A DNA stretch of 64,000 nt, from NCBI GenBank assembly GCA_051294905.1, contig CM119373.1, positions 1,924,001 to 1,988,000 on the forward strand. Reading direction: 5' to 3'. This document shows, piece by piece, positions 1-13,036 of this stretch. Numbering within the stretch: the stretch's first letter is position 1; each line of letters starts with the position of its first letter. The notes beneath the pieces were generated by a model that was given only the letters and a program-made list of their open reading frames with translations, did not search any database and was not told the origin of the DNA. A program made the translations under genes and the position numbers. The DNA is from Botryllus schlosseri. Lineage: Eukaryota.

Positions 1-2135
1 CACCTCTGGCAGCATCAGAATCGAGAAAGTCCGATGATGATCATTTACGGGCGCCGGAACTTAGTAAACTACAAATAGTATATGATACGGTAAAACCTCC
101 TTAATACGGTTAGTTTACATATGCGTTTGACTTGATGGTTAGTGGTCCAATGGTTCTAAAAACGTGGGGAATTAATCATTTCCTGGTCGGGAACAAACAC
201 ACTTGAAAAATCAATACATACAGTAAATATAAACAGCTGCGGAGGCATAATCTATCAATTTTGTCGGACATACTTTCATATCGAAATCTTCGACTCGGCC
301 TCCGACTCCACGGACAGCTTCTAAAATTTGGAACTCCTAACTCCGGCTCATGTATGACCCTGACCGCAAGCCTGTTTACATCCTTTGAGCGGCTTTTAAC
401 ACTCGCTCTCTTTCATCACCGGCCTCCCCCGATTTTCATGCGCCCGTGGGCGTATCCTTGTCCCTACTGCCGACTTCTGGGCTCGAGCTTTTCATACAAT
501 GCAATGGCAGCGAGGTTAGCGTCGAGGAAGCAAGATAAAACTCCGACACAAGAGGGGTTTGCCATTGGGTTTGCCACGGCTGGACTTATCCGCATTTCCC
601 GGTAATGTGTGGTGTTGACTAAAAAAAAAGGTCATCATTTCCACTCGGATCACGATTCCCCTGACGTTCGCTGCGACGAACTCGAGTTTTTTGATCGCAC
701 TTTAATACTCTTCCCACAAAAAATAAATGGTATGGTATCACTCCGTCTGATTACGGAAAACTGATTGCAAATTAGTAATGTACATTTTATACATCTGGGA
801 TGGTTGTCGATTTAGTGTGATTATCGAAAGATATGATGATAATTTTTTTCCAACCCAAGGTAGATTTTTTTGTGCTCGACACGCATTTTTCGCAGCTTAG
901 AGGGAATATGCAAATCATACTATCTTCGATTTGTCAAATCGAATACATGCCTCAGAAAATCGTCCATTTGACAGTTGACAGGTCTTTTGTTATATCAAAT
1001 TGCGATTCGGACTCACCCATCCTGATCATCATCTATTTGAAGTTGTGCCACTCACATATGAAGAAAAGTAATTTTAATGATAATTAGTCCATCTGCGTAT
1101 TGTTAGAAACTAACAATACTCGACCGCGGTCTTGGTACAACGTCACAGCTTATATTTCCTTATCGTAACCTCCACACCGTAAACTATACCAAGAGGAGTT
1201 TTAAAATCGTAGACTCTATGAAAGTAGCAGTTACATGAATACGAATACTTATATCAATTTGTTGAAGGTAGAAGTCATTTCCAAATAGGGTTTCATTTAA
1301 AACAAAAATGAAATTAAAACAAACATGTTTAAACCAAGGTCCTATAATTAATATCGTGTTGTTTGAAGAAATAACGTCACGAATATCCGATTGTGAGGTC
1401 ATAATGTATTGAGATTGTCAATTTAAAATATAGGGTAAATATAGATTCTTTGACGAAATATCTGCACTCTAAATGTTGAACCGACTATATTGAGGGTTCC
1501 AACCATCCCATATCAATATACGTCAGCTAAATCGGGTGGTAATTGTCCGTAGGCTCATGCCACATGTTTTTGGAAAGTATTTACACAATTATGGTCTTTT
1601 TTTTAAAACACCGTTTGTTTTAAAGGCAACCCTATTTCCCACACTTTGCTCGAATAATCACGAGATGGCTATTTTACATATGCATCATTGTCAATTCGAA
1701 ACTATGTAGCTATGTCATGCCGGACTCCAAAATGTAATAAGTTAACTTCTTTAAATTTGATTTTCTCCGATAAACGAATGGATATTGGATTGCATGGTTT
1801 GGAACGATTGAGGTGGGTATTTAGTATAGAAATTTCCAATTCCAGTCCACACCATATGCCCTGCTTTTTCCACGCGAACAAGTTGTTCACTGACCGCAAT
1901 CACACAATCGAAAATGTGTCTAAGCCTGCAATATACGAGGACATTCCGTCATCTGTGGTGGAACTTTATGATAAATTAGTTACAATGAGGTATTGATGAA
2001 ACGAGGATGCAGCTACCTTCTATATCACTCATAAGATCTGAATCTAGCCCCTGTCCATGTTCATGTGTCTTTAAATACAAGTTTTCTCACTTATGATACT
2101 CCTGTTACTCATTAAAACTGGCGAACTTGTGACAG

Positions 2136-2207
2136 AAATCAATGTTTCACAACCACCCGAAAGTATGGAAAATATATTGGATCAAGAGAGACTCCGATTA
2201 GAAGCAG
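2136..2207 (+). CDS. Candidate upstream exon of the NLR gene (INVSQPPESMENILDQERLRLEA)
   Basis: Perfect donor CAG|GTAAGT at 2207/2208 in phase 1, matching the phase-1 acceptor at 5392 (G+AG=Glu). The 5' boundary (gacag|2136) has a weak polypyrimidine tract and is uncertain. Confidence 0.45.
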
Positions 2208-3039
2208 GTAAGTGACCGATTACATTTTACACATTAGCTCGAAATGGTTGAAATATAGGCTACCGGAAAAATGAATTTTGTAATTACGGGTCGTGGCGGC
2301 ACCAGGGCGATATCTTAATATGTATGTAATATACGCTGAACGCTGAACGCTGAAGGATATTATTTCGCGCCTAGCGTGATTTCCAGTGGATATTTTGTGC
2401 GTGTCCAGGATCACTGTGTGGTGTCCTATAGCCATTAAGCGACACACGCGAAGTCGGTATCACAGTATGTGTCGATCTTTGTATCACACAAATTGGTTTG
2501 AATTCATGATATGATTTTTCCGACATTAGTTTGTCTGGATAGCACCGTCGAATATAGCTGAGATTATTTAGTGAAGAGGCGTTAAATAATCGGGTAGGGG
2601 AATATGAGACTCAGGTATTTCGATGCCAATCCCTACTGCATCGGAACCCATGATGACATGACGTATTAACCAACATCGGCTGATCATCGTGCAGTGCCAA
2701 GAAGATCTGCGGCGGTAAAAACTCACCAAAATGACCGTCACTGTTTGACCAAAACATTTGATAATAATAGCCCGGTCGTCGGAATCGTCGTTAACGGCAC
2801 AGTTCCGTGGCCAGCTCAGATAGCCTGCGTGAGGACCACAGATGATAGTAAAAAAGAAGGGGTCAGAAGAAGTGCTGATTCAGTCAAATCACAACGCATT
2901 CCAGGTGCAATAGGAATGCAAGCAATGTCAAGCGGGAGTATATTTGGTAAAGTTATCCAACCAGTCACATTCTTCCATGTTAACATTCGATAATAAAATT
3001 ATCACATATCGCTCTTGTGGAATCTGGAATCTTTATTAA

Positions 3040-3830
3040 CCCTAGACTGCTCAGGCGGGATATCGTTACACGATGCGTCAGGTGGGGTCAAATTGACCCC
3101 ATCAGTTAATATGCTTTTTTTCTTACCAATTTCGCTATAGATCTATCTAATAACCTTCTGCGGGACGTTATAACGATGCATCTACCTTTTTGGTACATGG
3201 AACCCTACTCTCTACCCATCCTAGACCACTGAGGTGGGATATCGTTACACGATGCGTCAGGTGGGGTCAAATTGACCCCATCAGTTAATATGCTTTTTTT
3301 CTTACCAATTTCGCTATAGATCTGTCTAATAACCTCCTGCGGGACGTTATAACGATGCATCTACCTTTTTGGAACATTGAACTTTACTCTCTACCCATTT
3401 CAAAGTTCCCGCTGAGGCCTAATACCATTACACGAATGGCGAGCTGTGGTCAAACACCCCCCATCAGTTATTTATTACAAAAATTATTACAATACAACAA
3501 TCGGAAAGCTATTCGTCATGTCTCGTTGACTCCACGTGACCTAAACAATGTAAAAGAATCATATAAACAGCTGGAATCGGTCCGATTACAAAGAGGAGAA
3601 AAATACTTAGTCTGGCCACTATACCTTTAGAATCTGACCCATGCTAAATCAATAGGTCATAGCGGCGAGGAAATAGAGAAAACCAGCTAATGCTTTATTC
3701 CAATTGATAGTGCATATGACCATTTATTAGGATTACATGGCCGTCAAGAACAATCTGACCGCACATGAAAATATGACTCATATATTTGCTCGCCTGGGGT
3801 GAAATTGACCCCAACCTGAGCTGTCTAGGG
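3040..3830. mobile_element. piggyBac-type non-autonomous element (MITE)
   Basis: TTAA on both sides (3036-3039, 3831-3834); TIR CCCTAGAC(T/A)GCTCAGG; internal ~179-bp tandem duplication (3062 vs 3241). Confidence 0.85.
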
Positions 3831-4577
3831 TTAATCACGAAGCCGGCACGCTTAGTATTACTTGATGCTGATATGACCGTTTACACATGTAACTGCTCTT
3901 TCTTTTTTAATCAACCTATTACCATGATCTGAAAAAAGACCAAAATTCCCGTACTGGGGTATGCTATTGTATCATTGTATCTTTTTGTAAAAGGTGCCCA
4001 TTCTGTCCTATTTTCGGATCTCAGAACATGGTAACCCTTATAGGCGAGAATAGCAATTGAAATTGAAATATTTGGGTTCGCTAGTTTGCACGATATTGAA
4101 TGTTTTGAATGTACTCTCACCATGGAACTCCGGATATACCCCAGACATGATTTCGGAGTGACAGAACACAGTGCGAACATATCCCAGATATAATTATCCG
4201 GGTGACAACAAAGTTCTAACATGCTCCATATAGGATGTCCTAGTGACATTACAGTCAGAACATGCCCCAGATATGATGTCCTATTGACACTACAGTCCGA
4301 GTATACCATGGACATAATGATATCCGGTCGCAGGCATACAATATCTATTTACAAATCGACCAGCAACCGGTTCTGCATCTGGGTACTGAACCGTGAATAC
4401 GACTAGTCACTAGAATAATAAAATGATAAAAGTGAATGACTTAATATTTAAAAAATGATGCGGAAGTAGCACAACGCAAAAACCCAGGACAATTAAACAA
4501 TAAACTAATCCAGTACCAGTAAAATATGATTTATTCGCTACGCACCGCGTTTCCCGGTTTTTCATGTCAGTGTAAAG

Positions 4578-5360
4578 CAGAGGTCTCAAACTAAAATGTG
4601 CTCGCGGGCCAATTTCCTACTTTTTGTGGCGCCGCGGGCCGCAGCACCAATAATAGGTGTATTCAATGTATTTCCAATTAGGCCTTATTTGATGGGACCT
4701 TGCAGACTGACATTCCACGGGCACCTTGAAAGTGTGATTTACTATTACGAATTCACGCCTGGCATGAAAAAATCACATTTTAACATATTTGAATAAATCG
4801 TTGCTCTACTTGGCATAGTTGCTGCATATTTACTTGGAGACACCATGCGAGAGTACAAATGCATCAGGACATCGTTAAAGCTATTGCGCTATAATGTTGC
4901 AGCTAGCGGACATTTGACGTGTCACAATTATACGTAGAATATTTTAGAATTTAGAAAAATATTGATCTGATATCAGAGCATTGGCGTAGTACAGCCTAAT
5001 CTGGGTTTTGGGCATACTCTTGATAACAAGGCTATTGATCATGTCATTTCCTAAGTCAAATTGAATCAGCGTTAGGTTTACCTTCGAATATTGGAACAGA
5101 TCTATAACAACTTGAATATAATAATTACTGAGCCATAGCAATAGAAATTTCCAATCGTTGAAGCGTTCATTGATCTTGCATTTCGTAGTAATTTTTGAAA
5201 TTGACGTAGCAGTGAAGTCTGATGACTAGTTTCAGGGCGAATTTCTAGTTTTCAAATTAAAAAAATATATTTGGCAGTTAAATATTGTCGAATACTTCAA
5301 AATCCAAAATACGGTCGCGGGCCGCACGAAATGGTCTCGAGGGCGTGTTTGAGACCTCTG
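4578..5360. mobile_element. hAT-type MITE
   Basis: TIR CAGAGGTCTCAAAC / GTTTGAGACCTCTG; perfect 8-bp TSD GTGTAAAG (4570-4577, 5361-5368); subterminal CGCGGGCC motifs. Confidence 0.9.
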
Positions 5361-5391
5361 GTGTAAAGCAATGGCCTAATATCTTTTTTAG

Positions 5392-6521
5392 AGAAAGGAT
5401 TTGTAGCCAAGACCAAGCGTCATCTGCAAAACGAGATACGTGGAAATCCTAATATCACAGCTCGACCGACCATGATGGTCATCGACATGAAGGGTACAAG
5501 TGCAGATGGTCATGGTGACGGCAAATCATTATTCGGCCGTGATCTGGAAGAAATCAGTCTTCATCAAATTCACGATCCGTATAATGAAATACCTACCAAG
5601 CATGTTACGATCCTCGGTGAAGCTGGGGCTGGGAAATCCACTCTTTCCGGAATGTACAGTTTGGCTGTTGCTAATGGCAATGTTAATACACTTGCGAAAA
5701 TACAACTCGTTCATTTCATCTCCGCAACAACCCTCCAAACTGACAGCACTACGACTGCGTTTAATCTTTTCTTCACAGAACAAATGGCTCACGACCCTGA
5801 GACTGAATTGAGTTCCCGTGAACAAGAAGCAGGAGCAGAATGGTTGAAAAACAATTCGTCCAAGTTGTTGATAACCATTGACGGCCTCGATCAATGTCTA
5901 GAAGAATTCGGCAATAAAAACTACCCTAGACTGACTGCGATGACCTACGCAAAAGCCAATGTCATCATCGCTAATATCATGTCCGGCAAAATATGGCGTG
6001 ATGCTCGGGTTCTCACTACATCACGTTGGAACACCTATTGGAAAATGAAGACTGATCAGAAACCTGACAAAGTAGTAGGCTTGAGAGGACTAGATGACGA
6101 GAACTTGAAACAAATCGCGCTCTCCCAATCTATTGACGGCGATTTGATGTTCGCCCAATTAAAAAATACTTCACCAAAGTTGCTGTCTTTGTGTAGAAAT
6201 CCCATGTTTCTCAATTACACGACCAAGATATTTCAAAACAATCGCAATAAGCTACCCGACAGCCTTGCTGGTCTCATGTCCGCATTCTTTCGCGAATTTC
6301 TAAGCTCATCCTCCGAAAAATATTATGGTCAAATTACTAGACTAGGCTATGACGCGATGCGAGAAAATAAATTCGTTTTCCCGCACAGCTATTTGAGCAG
6401 CCACGGAATCGATCCGAAGCAGCTCGATGACTTCTTGTCTACCGGGGTACTTCACGAGGATGGTCGCGACACCTTCAACTCGTTTGACAAATCCTCTGCG
6501 TTTTCTCACCAGACCATGCAG
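5392..6521 (+). CDS. NLR gene, NACHT NTPase exon
   Basis: Acceptor ttttttag|5392 and donor CAG|gttagt at 6522. The frame encodes Walker A GEAGAGKST (5616-5642), Walker B LLITIDGLDQ (5865-5894), sensor-1 VLTTSR, CRNPMF, and FSHQTMQ (first half of the winged-helix FxHxxxQEF motif). Confidence 0.93.
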
Positions 6522-6647
6522 GTTAGTTTTATGAAATGTTATACATCGATACGTCGGCTGTATGAAATTATCTTTACGAAAATAATTTTCATATTCGACT
6601 CAATATTCTGTTTATTTATTATATTTCTATTCTATTCATGTATTCAG

Positions 6648-6810
6648 GAGTTCTGTTGTGCAATGCACGTTCCGAGCTTGCCGAGAGAGGAGGTAAAGGC
6701 ATTCGTTACAAACGAACTGAATGACAGTAGAATGGAGCTGACAAGACACCTTCTGTACGGCTTGATCTTGGATGACAAAGTTACCAAACCCATGAGTAAC
6801 TACCTCGCAG
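6648..6810 (+). CDS. NLR gene, winged-helix/HD2 exon (EFCCAMHV...NYLA)
   Basis: Acceptor tattcag|GAG. Splicing from 6521 restores FSHQTMQ|EFCCA, the NACHT FxHxxxQEFxAA-type motif. Donor GCAG|gtatgt at 6811, phase 1. Confidence 0.88.
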
Positions 6811-7437
6811 GTATGTGACCTTAGAGTCCACCTATCCGGCGCATTATACAAGGATCACAATGGCTATGAAAAACATAATATCCACGAAATGGGGTTTTAT
6901 ACGGTGCTGTAATGAGTAGTGAAAGGAACCCGATTCACATAATGAAAACTTAATCTTTAACGCACATAACGAAAGGATGAGTACATCACTTATAAAAAGG
7001 TAAAGGTATCGCCATTCGGAAGGGATGAGTTTATATGTAGTAGTCACTTGCCACATGGGATGTATTCATATTTTGTATGTTGGAAAGAGGCCGATAAAAG
7101 AATCGCACAAACAATCAGACTCAAGGTCGCGTCCCGATCGTCGTGCGGAGATTGAAAAGTCTATAATACATTGCATATATGCAGTAAGATCCCTGATTTC
7201 CCACGGAGATTGTTTGAGTATATGCAACCCACACCATAAGGTACGATTGTACCTGTACTATGTGGACTGCAACGCTCCATTATTTAAAATATTCATACAA
7301 TAATTCATTCGACCAGCATATTATATATCCTTTCATATTTTTATTTCACTACCCCTTTTATTAGCTTGGTAGTTTTATTGATATGTGTCATTGGCCTCAC
7401 ACCTACGGTATAAGATAATCAGCCGCAATGCACACAC

Positions 7438-10400
7438 CAGGGCTGTGGAGTCGGTAAATTTTACCACCGACTCCGCTTCCGACTCCGACTCCACACATTT
7501 TCAATATACCGACTCCGACTCCAACTCCGACTCCTGAGTCTTTAAAGTCCTAAACCTAAAACTCCGCTACCAGATTGTAGCAGTCCGAAAGTTACACCGA
7601 ATGAGCATATCGGCGTATTCTTGGCTATTGTAGTTTAGGAGATATTGGCAGATTTAGCCATTTTGGGGGGTATGAAAATTTATGAAAAGTTCAATTATAC
7701 CAAGATTTTTTTATGTTCCCGAGGGCCTAAACCTACAACTCCGCTACCAGATTGTAGCAGTCCGAAAGTTACACCGAATGAGCCTATCGGCGTATTCTTG
7801 GCTATTCAAGTTTAGGAGATATTGGCAGATTTAGCCATTTTGGGGGGTATGAAAATTTATGAAAAGTTCAATTACACCAAGATTTTTCTATGTTCCCGAG
7901 GGCCTAAACCTATAACTCCGCTACCAGATTGTAGCAGTCCGAAAGTTTCACCGAATGAGCCTTTCCGCGTATTCTTGGCTATTGTAGTTTAGGAGATATT
8001 GGCAGATTTAGCCATTTTGGGGGGTATGAAAATTTATGAAAAGTTCAATTATACCAAGATTTTTCTATGTTCCCGAGGGCCAAAACCTACAACTCCGCTA
8101 CCAGATTGTAGCAGTCCGAAAGTTACACCGAATGAGCCTATCGGCGTATTCTTGGCAATTGTAGTTTAGGAGATATTGGCAGATTTAGCCATTTTGGGGG
8201 GTATGAAAATTTATGAGAAGTTCAATTATACCAAGATTTTTCTATGTTCCCGAGGGCCTAAACCTACAACTCCGCTACCAGATTGTAGCAGTCCGAAAGT
8301 TACACCGAATAAGCCTAATGGCGTACTCTTGGCTATTGTAGTTTAGGAGATATTGGCAGATTTAGCCATTTTGGGAGGTATGAAAATTTATGAAAAGTTC
8401 AATTATACCAAGATTTATCTATGTTCCCGAGGGCCTAAACCTACAACTCCGCTACCAGATTGTAGCAGTCCGAAATTTTCACCGAATGAGCCTATCCGCG
8501 TATTCTTGGCTATTGTAGTTTAGGAGATATTGGCAGATTTAGCCATTTTGGGGGGTATGAAAATTTATGAAAAGTTCAATTATACCAAGATTTTTCTATG
8601 TTTCCGAGGGCCTAAACCTACAACTCCGCTACCAGATTGTAGCAGTCCGAAAGTTACACCGAATGAGCCTATCGGCGTATTCTTGGCTATTGTAGTTTAG
8701 GAGATATTGGCAGATTTAGCCATTTTGGGGGGTATGAAAATTTATGAAAAGTTCAATTATACCAAGATTTTTCTATGTTCCCGCGGGCCTAAACCTACAA
8801 CTCCGCTACCAGATTGTAGCAGTCCGAAAGTTACACCGAATGAGCCTATCGGCGTATTCTTGGCTATTGTAGTTTAGGAGATATTGGCAGATTTAGCCAT
8901 TTTGGGGGGTATGAAAATTTATGAAAAGTTCAATTATACCAAGATTTTTCTATGTTCCCGAGGGCCTAAACCTACAACTCCGCTACCAGATTGTAGCAGT
9001 CCGAAAGTTACACCGAATAAGCCTAATGGCGTACTCTTGGCTATTGTAGTTTAGGAGATATTGGCAGATTTAGCCATTTTGGGAGGTATGAAAATTTATG
9101 AAAAGTTCAATTATACCAAAATTTTTCTATGTTACCGAGGGCCTAAAGTTTAAACGTACCGACTCCGACTCCTGGGTCTTTAAACGTGCCGACTCCGACT
9201 CCGACTCCTGACTCCGACTCCAGCATTATTACCAATTTACTTCGAAAATTATATGCCACATTGTCGGTTGAATAACTATCGTACAAGCATTAAACATATG
9301 CAAACATATGATTAACGGTGGCATGCTAAATTGTTTCATTGTGGCACAGCTCGAATCATCCACTATGCAATTAACATGAAAGAAAGATTTGCTTAATATC
9401 CTTCCTTTTTAAAGTTTTTATAACATGGACTCTCTAATATCCTGAAATGTATGAATCATTCAAATATGGCAGATATCCAATCCTGTATAATAAAAATGTA
9501 GATAAAAAATCCAAGTGTAGCTCTTGTGTATGAGTCAGCAACTAATAAAGAGATATCACTTACTAATTTTGTCATTGCACACTATCCTGATTACAGGCAC
9601 ACACACTCTTACTACTAAGAGTTATATCGGTCATAAATGGAATTTAGTTAAGTAGTCAAAGACCCATAGCCTATGTCTAGTCTACATGTACTTAATCAAG
9701 TATTCAAGGATTGGGACTTGCAGTCGTTCTTAATCATTTGTTCGACCCAAACAGCTAAGCTACACTACAAATATTTTTAATTTTGTCAAGTGGGAAGCAT
9801 CGTTTGGTCATATTTACATAATTTTTACAATTTTACAAAACCACCCGATGCATTTGCTCTGTCACAGTATCATGGTATAATTCCAAAAATTGCATCAATT
9901 TCGACTGCATCGCGAAAATGCATCTTGGCGATTTTCTACCCCTCTGCAACTGAGTTGTAATTTGCAAGTAATGTCTAATTTTATCAAAGTCAGGGTTGGG
10001 CAACTTTTTCGGCGAAAGGGACACCTGAGATTTACGAACCGTTGCGCGGGCAGCTGGAATGTTGATAACCCTGTTTTAGTCGTCGATAGGAGCGAACCGA
10101 ATTAGGTTACATTGCAAACAGGACTTATATCAATACGCTCTAAATTGATCACAATATGTCATGCAACTGTGCTGTGCGCAATCAGGCCCTGGTCGCGCGA
10201 AGCGCGAAATTTCTTTGCAAGATAACGACTGAATTAGGCTATATCAATAAATATGTCGCTAACATACATGGGGGGTCGCATCTGTATACTACTGGGCTCA
10301 TTTGGCAAGGACAGGATTATTCGACGTGTAGGCATAGCAAAATCGACGGTATCGGTGAACATGCCTCTATCATTTTGTGCAAATGTTTTGTCGACGATCT

Positions 10401-11119
10401 CGCTGCGAGTGCACAAGCGAAGCCGCATGTTGGACGACACGTTATCTCTTGATAGCGAATAGTTAGACTCAATTCGGTGAATAATATGTATTTATAATTT
10501 TCAGAAGGGCGCTCAAATACTGAATGCAAGAAATCTAGTGACAATGAATCATGCGAAGTACCGAGAAAAATTTCAATTCAAATAAATCTGCTATGAAATA
10601 TTCTACTTTATGGTCATATACGAAGATCTGGGATAAATTTTGCTGGCCCCTGGATACGTCAATGTTTCAGAACTGTTGTTTTAGTCATCATCAAATTTCG
10701 CGGTCATGCTAATCAAATTTTGGTTGGCCTTGCAATTGTACCTGATGTCATAAATAATTTCGAGAATTACCTCCCAGGCCACACCTAACCTCCTCCTGTG
10801 CCAAATTTGGCCTGCGTGCCACGGGCTGGCCGCACCTGATCTGTATGGTTACTATTAACAGTGCTTGTTGGTACATAAAAATTATATTGAAAATTCTTTG
10901 AAAGCAAATGTTTTCATGATAGAGAAGTTGGAGTCGGAGTCGGAGTCAAAGTCACGGTCATTCTCACAAACTCCGACTCCGACTGCAGTCAGTATTTCCC
11001 CACCGACTCCGACTCCAGCTATTATAGTTTTCACGACTCCGACTCCGACTCCATCAACCGAAAATTACCCCGACTCCGACTCCGACTCCACCGACTCCGA
11101 CTCCGACTCCACAGCCCTG
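7438..11119. mobile_element. hAT-type non-autonomous element with (GACTCC)n subterminal repeats
   Basis: TIR CAGGGCTGTGGAGTCGG / CCGACTCCACAGCCCTG; 8-bp TSD GCACACAC / GCACGCAC (1 mismatch). Contains the 177-bp satellite and probably a second decayed element (~9991-10838). Confidence 0.85.
7549..9148. repeat. 177-bp tandem satellite, 9 copies
   Basis: The motif actccgctaccagattg recurs at 7561, 7738, 7915 ... 8977 (period 177); units are nearly identical. Confidence 0.97.
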
Positions 11120-11825
11120 GCACGCACGCACCTACACGGAGCGACTAGGCATATTCCAAAGCCCGCAAATCCTAACATGCCGTTTGATGTCTCAGAGTCT
11201 GCTTTTATTCCGAATCAGGCCATACCAGAAAGAGTGTGAATCCAGTCCCGATCAGGGTCCGGCCAGAAATAGTATAATTCGACCAATATTCACCCAGGCT
11301 CCATGTCCGACAGCGTAGTATAATATGTATGAAGTATCCAGGGTACAACAATATTTACAACAGTTAATGGCATTGGATACATGCGACTCGGCCCGTATTA
11401 AAAATTGAAGATTCCGACTCCAAACTGGCTTTGTGGAAAAAGAGAACAAAATTAAAGTTGACATGACTCCTGACTCCTGATATGACCCCTGTTCCTAGTT
11501 TTACATGATCGGACGAAATACGTGTAGGCTGCCAACGTTCTAAATGGTTATTTCATAACCGTTTATTATCTCGGATAGTGCCATGCAGTCACTGTTATAT
11601 GTGTCGATGTGCAGTGCATGTTCATTGTTCAGTGCTCGCACTGCGAAACAGGTAATGAAATGAATTCTTTATTCACTAGTCAGTACAAACTGCAAAACAG
11701 ATTCCTACGTCATAAAGTGATGAAATATTTGATGTGTCATATAACATGTTTAATAATTCACTTTCTCTACATTTGATCTGCAATCATCGATCCGATATAA
11801 TTTAATCATTGATTCCTCATAACAG

Positions 11826-12148
11826 ATAGAAGAACTTCAATCCAGGAGTGCAGAGAAATATTATTTGGTTCACTTGATGGCATGATGGAAAACGGCACTA
11901 TAAAGGACATTCAAACAATTAAGCTTCTTAGTGAATGCGGAGATAAGACTATCAAGAATAGAATGGAAAAAGTACAAAGAATCGTCATCAACAACCTACC
12001 ATACCTGCTACAGAATGATTGTATATTATTGGCCACGATGATAAAGAGATTGTCACCACTAGCGGAAGTTGTTTTCGACCAATTCAATTTGGAGCCATCC
12101 GTGATTCCATACGTGAAAGGATTTCTCCCTCTCGTTCACTTATTCAAG
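11826..12148 (+). CDS. NLR gene, linker/first LRR-like exon (DRRTSIQECRE...VHLFK)
   Basis: Phase-1 acceptor aacag|AT matches the phase-1 donor at 6810. Open frame includes LLSEC and VQRIVINNL. Phase-0 donor AAG|gtatat at 12149. Confidence 0.8.
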
Positions 12149-12868
12149 GTATATCATAATTACGGTAGTCGAATAGCGTCACAATCTATTTAAATGTCAA
12201 TGCGCTGGTTCCGATCTAATCCGTCATTTGGTTATAATGCAATCAGATTGTGTGCTGAAGACATTAAACTTCATCCGAAATTTTGTTCATAGATAACTGA
12301 CGCTTTAGCGACACAGCCAATGATTTTTAATAAACCGAAATAAGAAATATAACGGGACCTCCAAATAGTTTTCAGTGATTGGATACGGCAGCCATTTTGG
12401 AGTCTGTACAAAAGCCTATAGTTTTAGCAAATGATTGAGATTTCTGTCATGAGCCACAAAACGGGCTGCACGAGAACTGCTTCGCTTTGCATAGTCGGCG
12501 GCCCATACAATATCTAAATACTTGAAACGAATCATCGGTCCACCGAATAATTATTATACAAGTTATCTTATTATGTAATTGCTAATTCTGTATTGATACG
12601 AAATACTGGTGCTCCCGTTCTTGATTGTATTTGCCCCTACAAATTACAACGTGAGTAATTCCATTCAAGGGTTTTTTCAATACTTTCGAATGTGTTGCTG
12701 AATCAACGTGATGGAGTATGTGGAAATCCTGAAATATGTCTTCGACGATTGAAAAACAAAGGCCCATTATACGATTCGTCATAATCTAATTATTCAAAAT
12801 ACTTACTTTTAACCTTCTGATGAATCATTTCATACTACTTGTGATGATCTTAGTACGCCTTTGTCTAG

Positions 12869-13036
12869 GTTACCGCAGTGGTGATTGAGGATACATACTT
12901 GGAGCACGATACTATTGTCGGGTATTTGGATATTTTACGGCTATGTCACAGCGGTGTTATCAGCCTGTGCCGATGTAATCTTACCAAGGAAAAACTACGA
13001 ATGATTGCGCAAGACTTCCAGATGGTTGACATCCAG
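12869..13036 (+). CDS. NLR gene, 168-bp LRR exon 1 (VTAVVIEDTY...VISLCRCNLTKEKL...DIQ)
   Basis: tctag| acceptor and CAG|gtattg donor; 56 codons, phase 0-0; two degenerate RI-like LRRs; aligns with the later 168-bp exons (CxLTxxKL, terminal IQ). Confidence 0.85.

Noticed and set aside
5472..6818. Single 448-aa intronless ORF as a complete protein
   Set aside because: It reads through a 126-bp GT-AG intron that splits the FxHxxxQEF motif, and it has splice sites at both ends.
7549..9148. CRISPR-like array
   Set aside because: Units are identical along their whole 177 bp with no unique spacers, there are no cas genes, and the context is eukaryotic and intronic.
10865..11239. ORF with ES/TP/DS repeats resembling an adhesin or mucin
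   Set aside because: It is the translation of the (GACTCC)n subterminal repeats of a hAT element.
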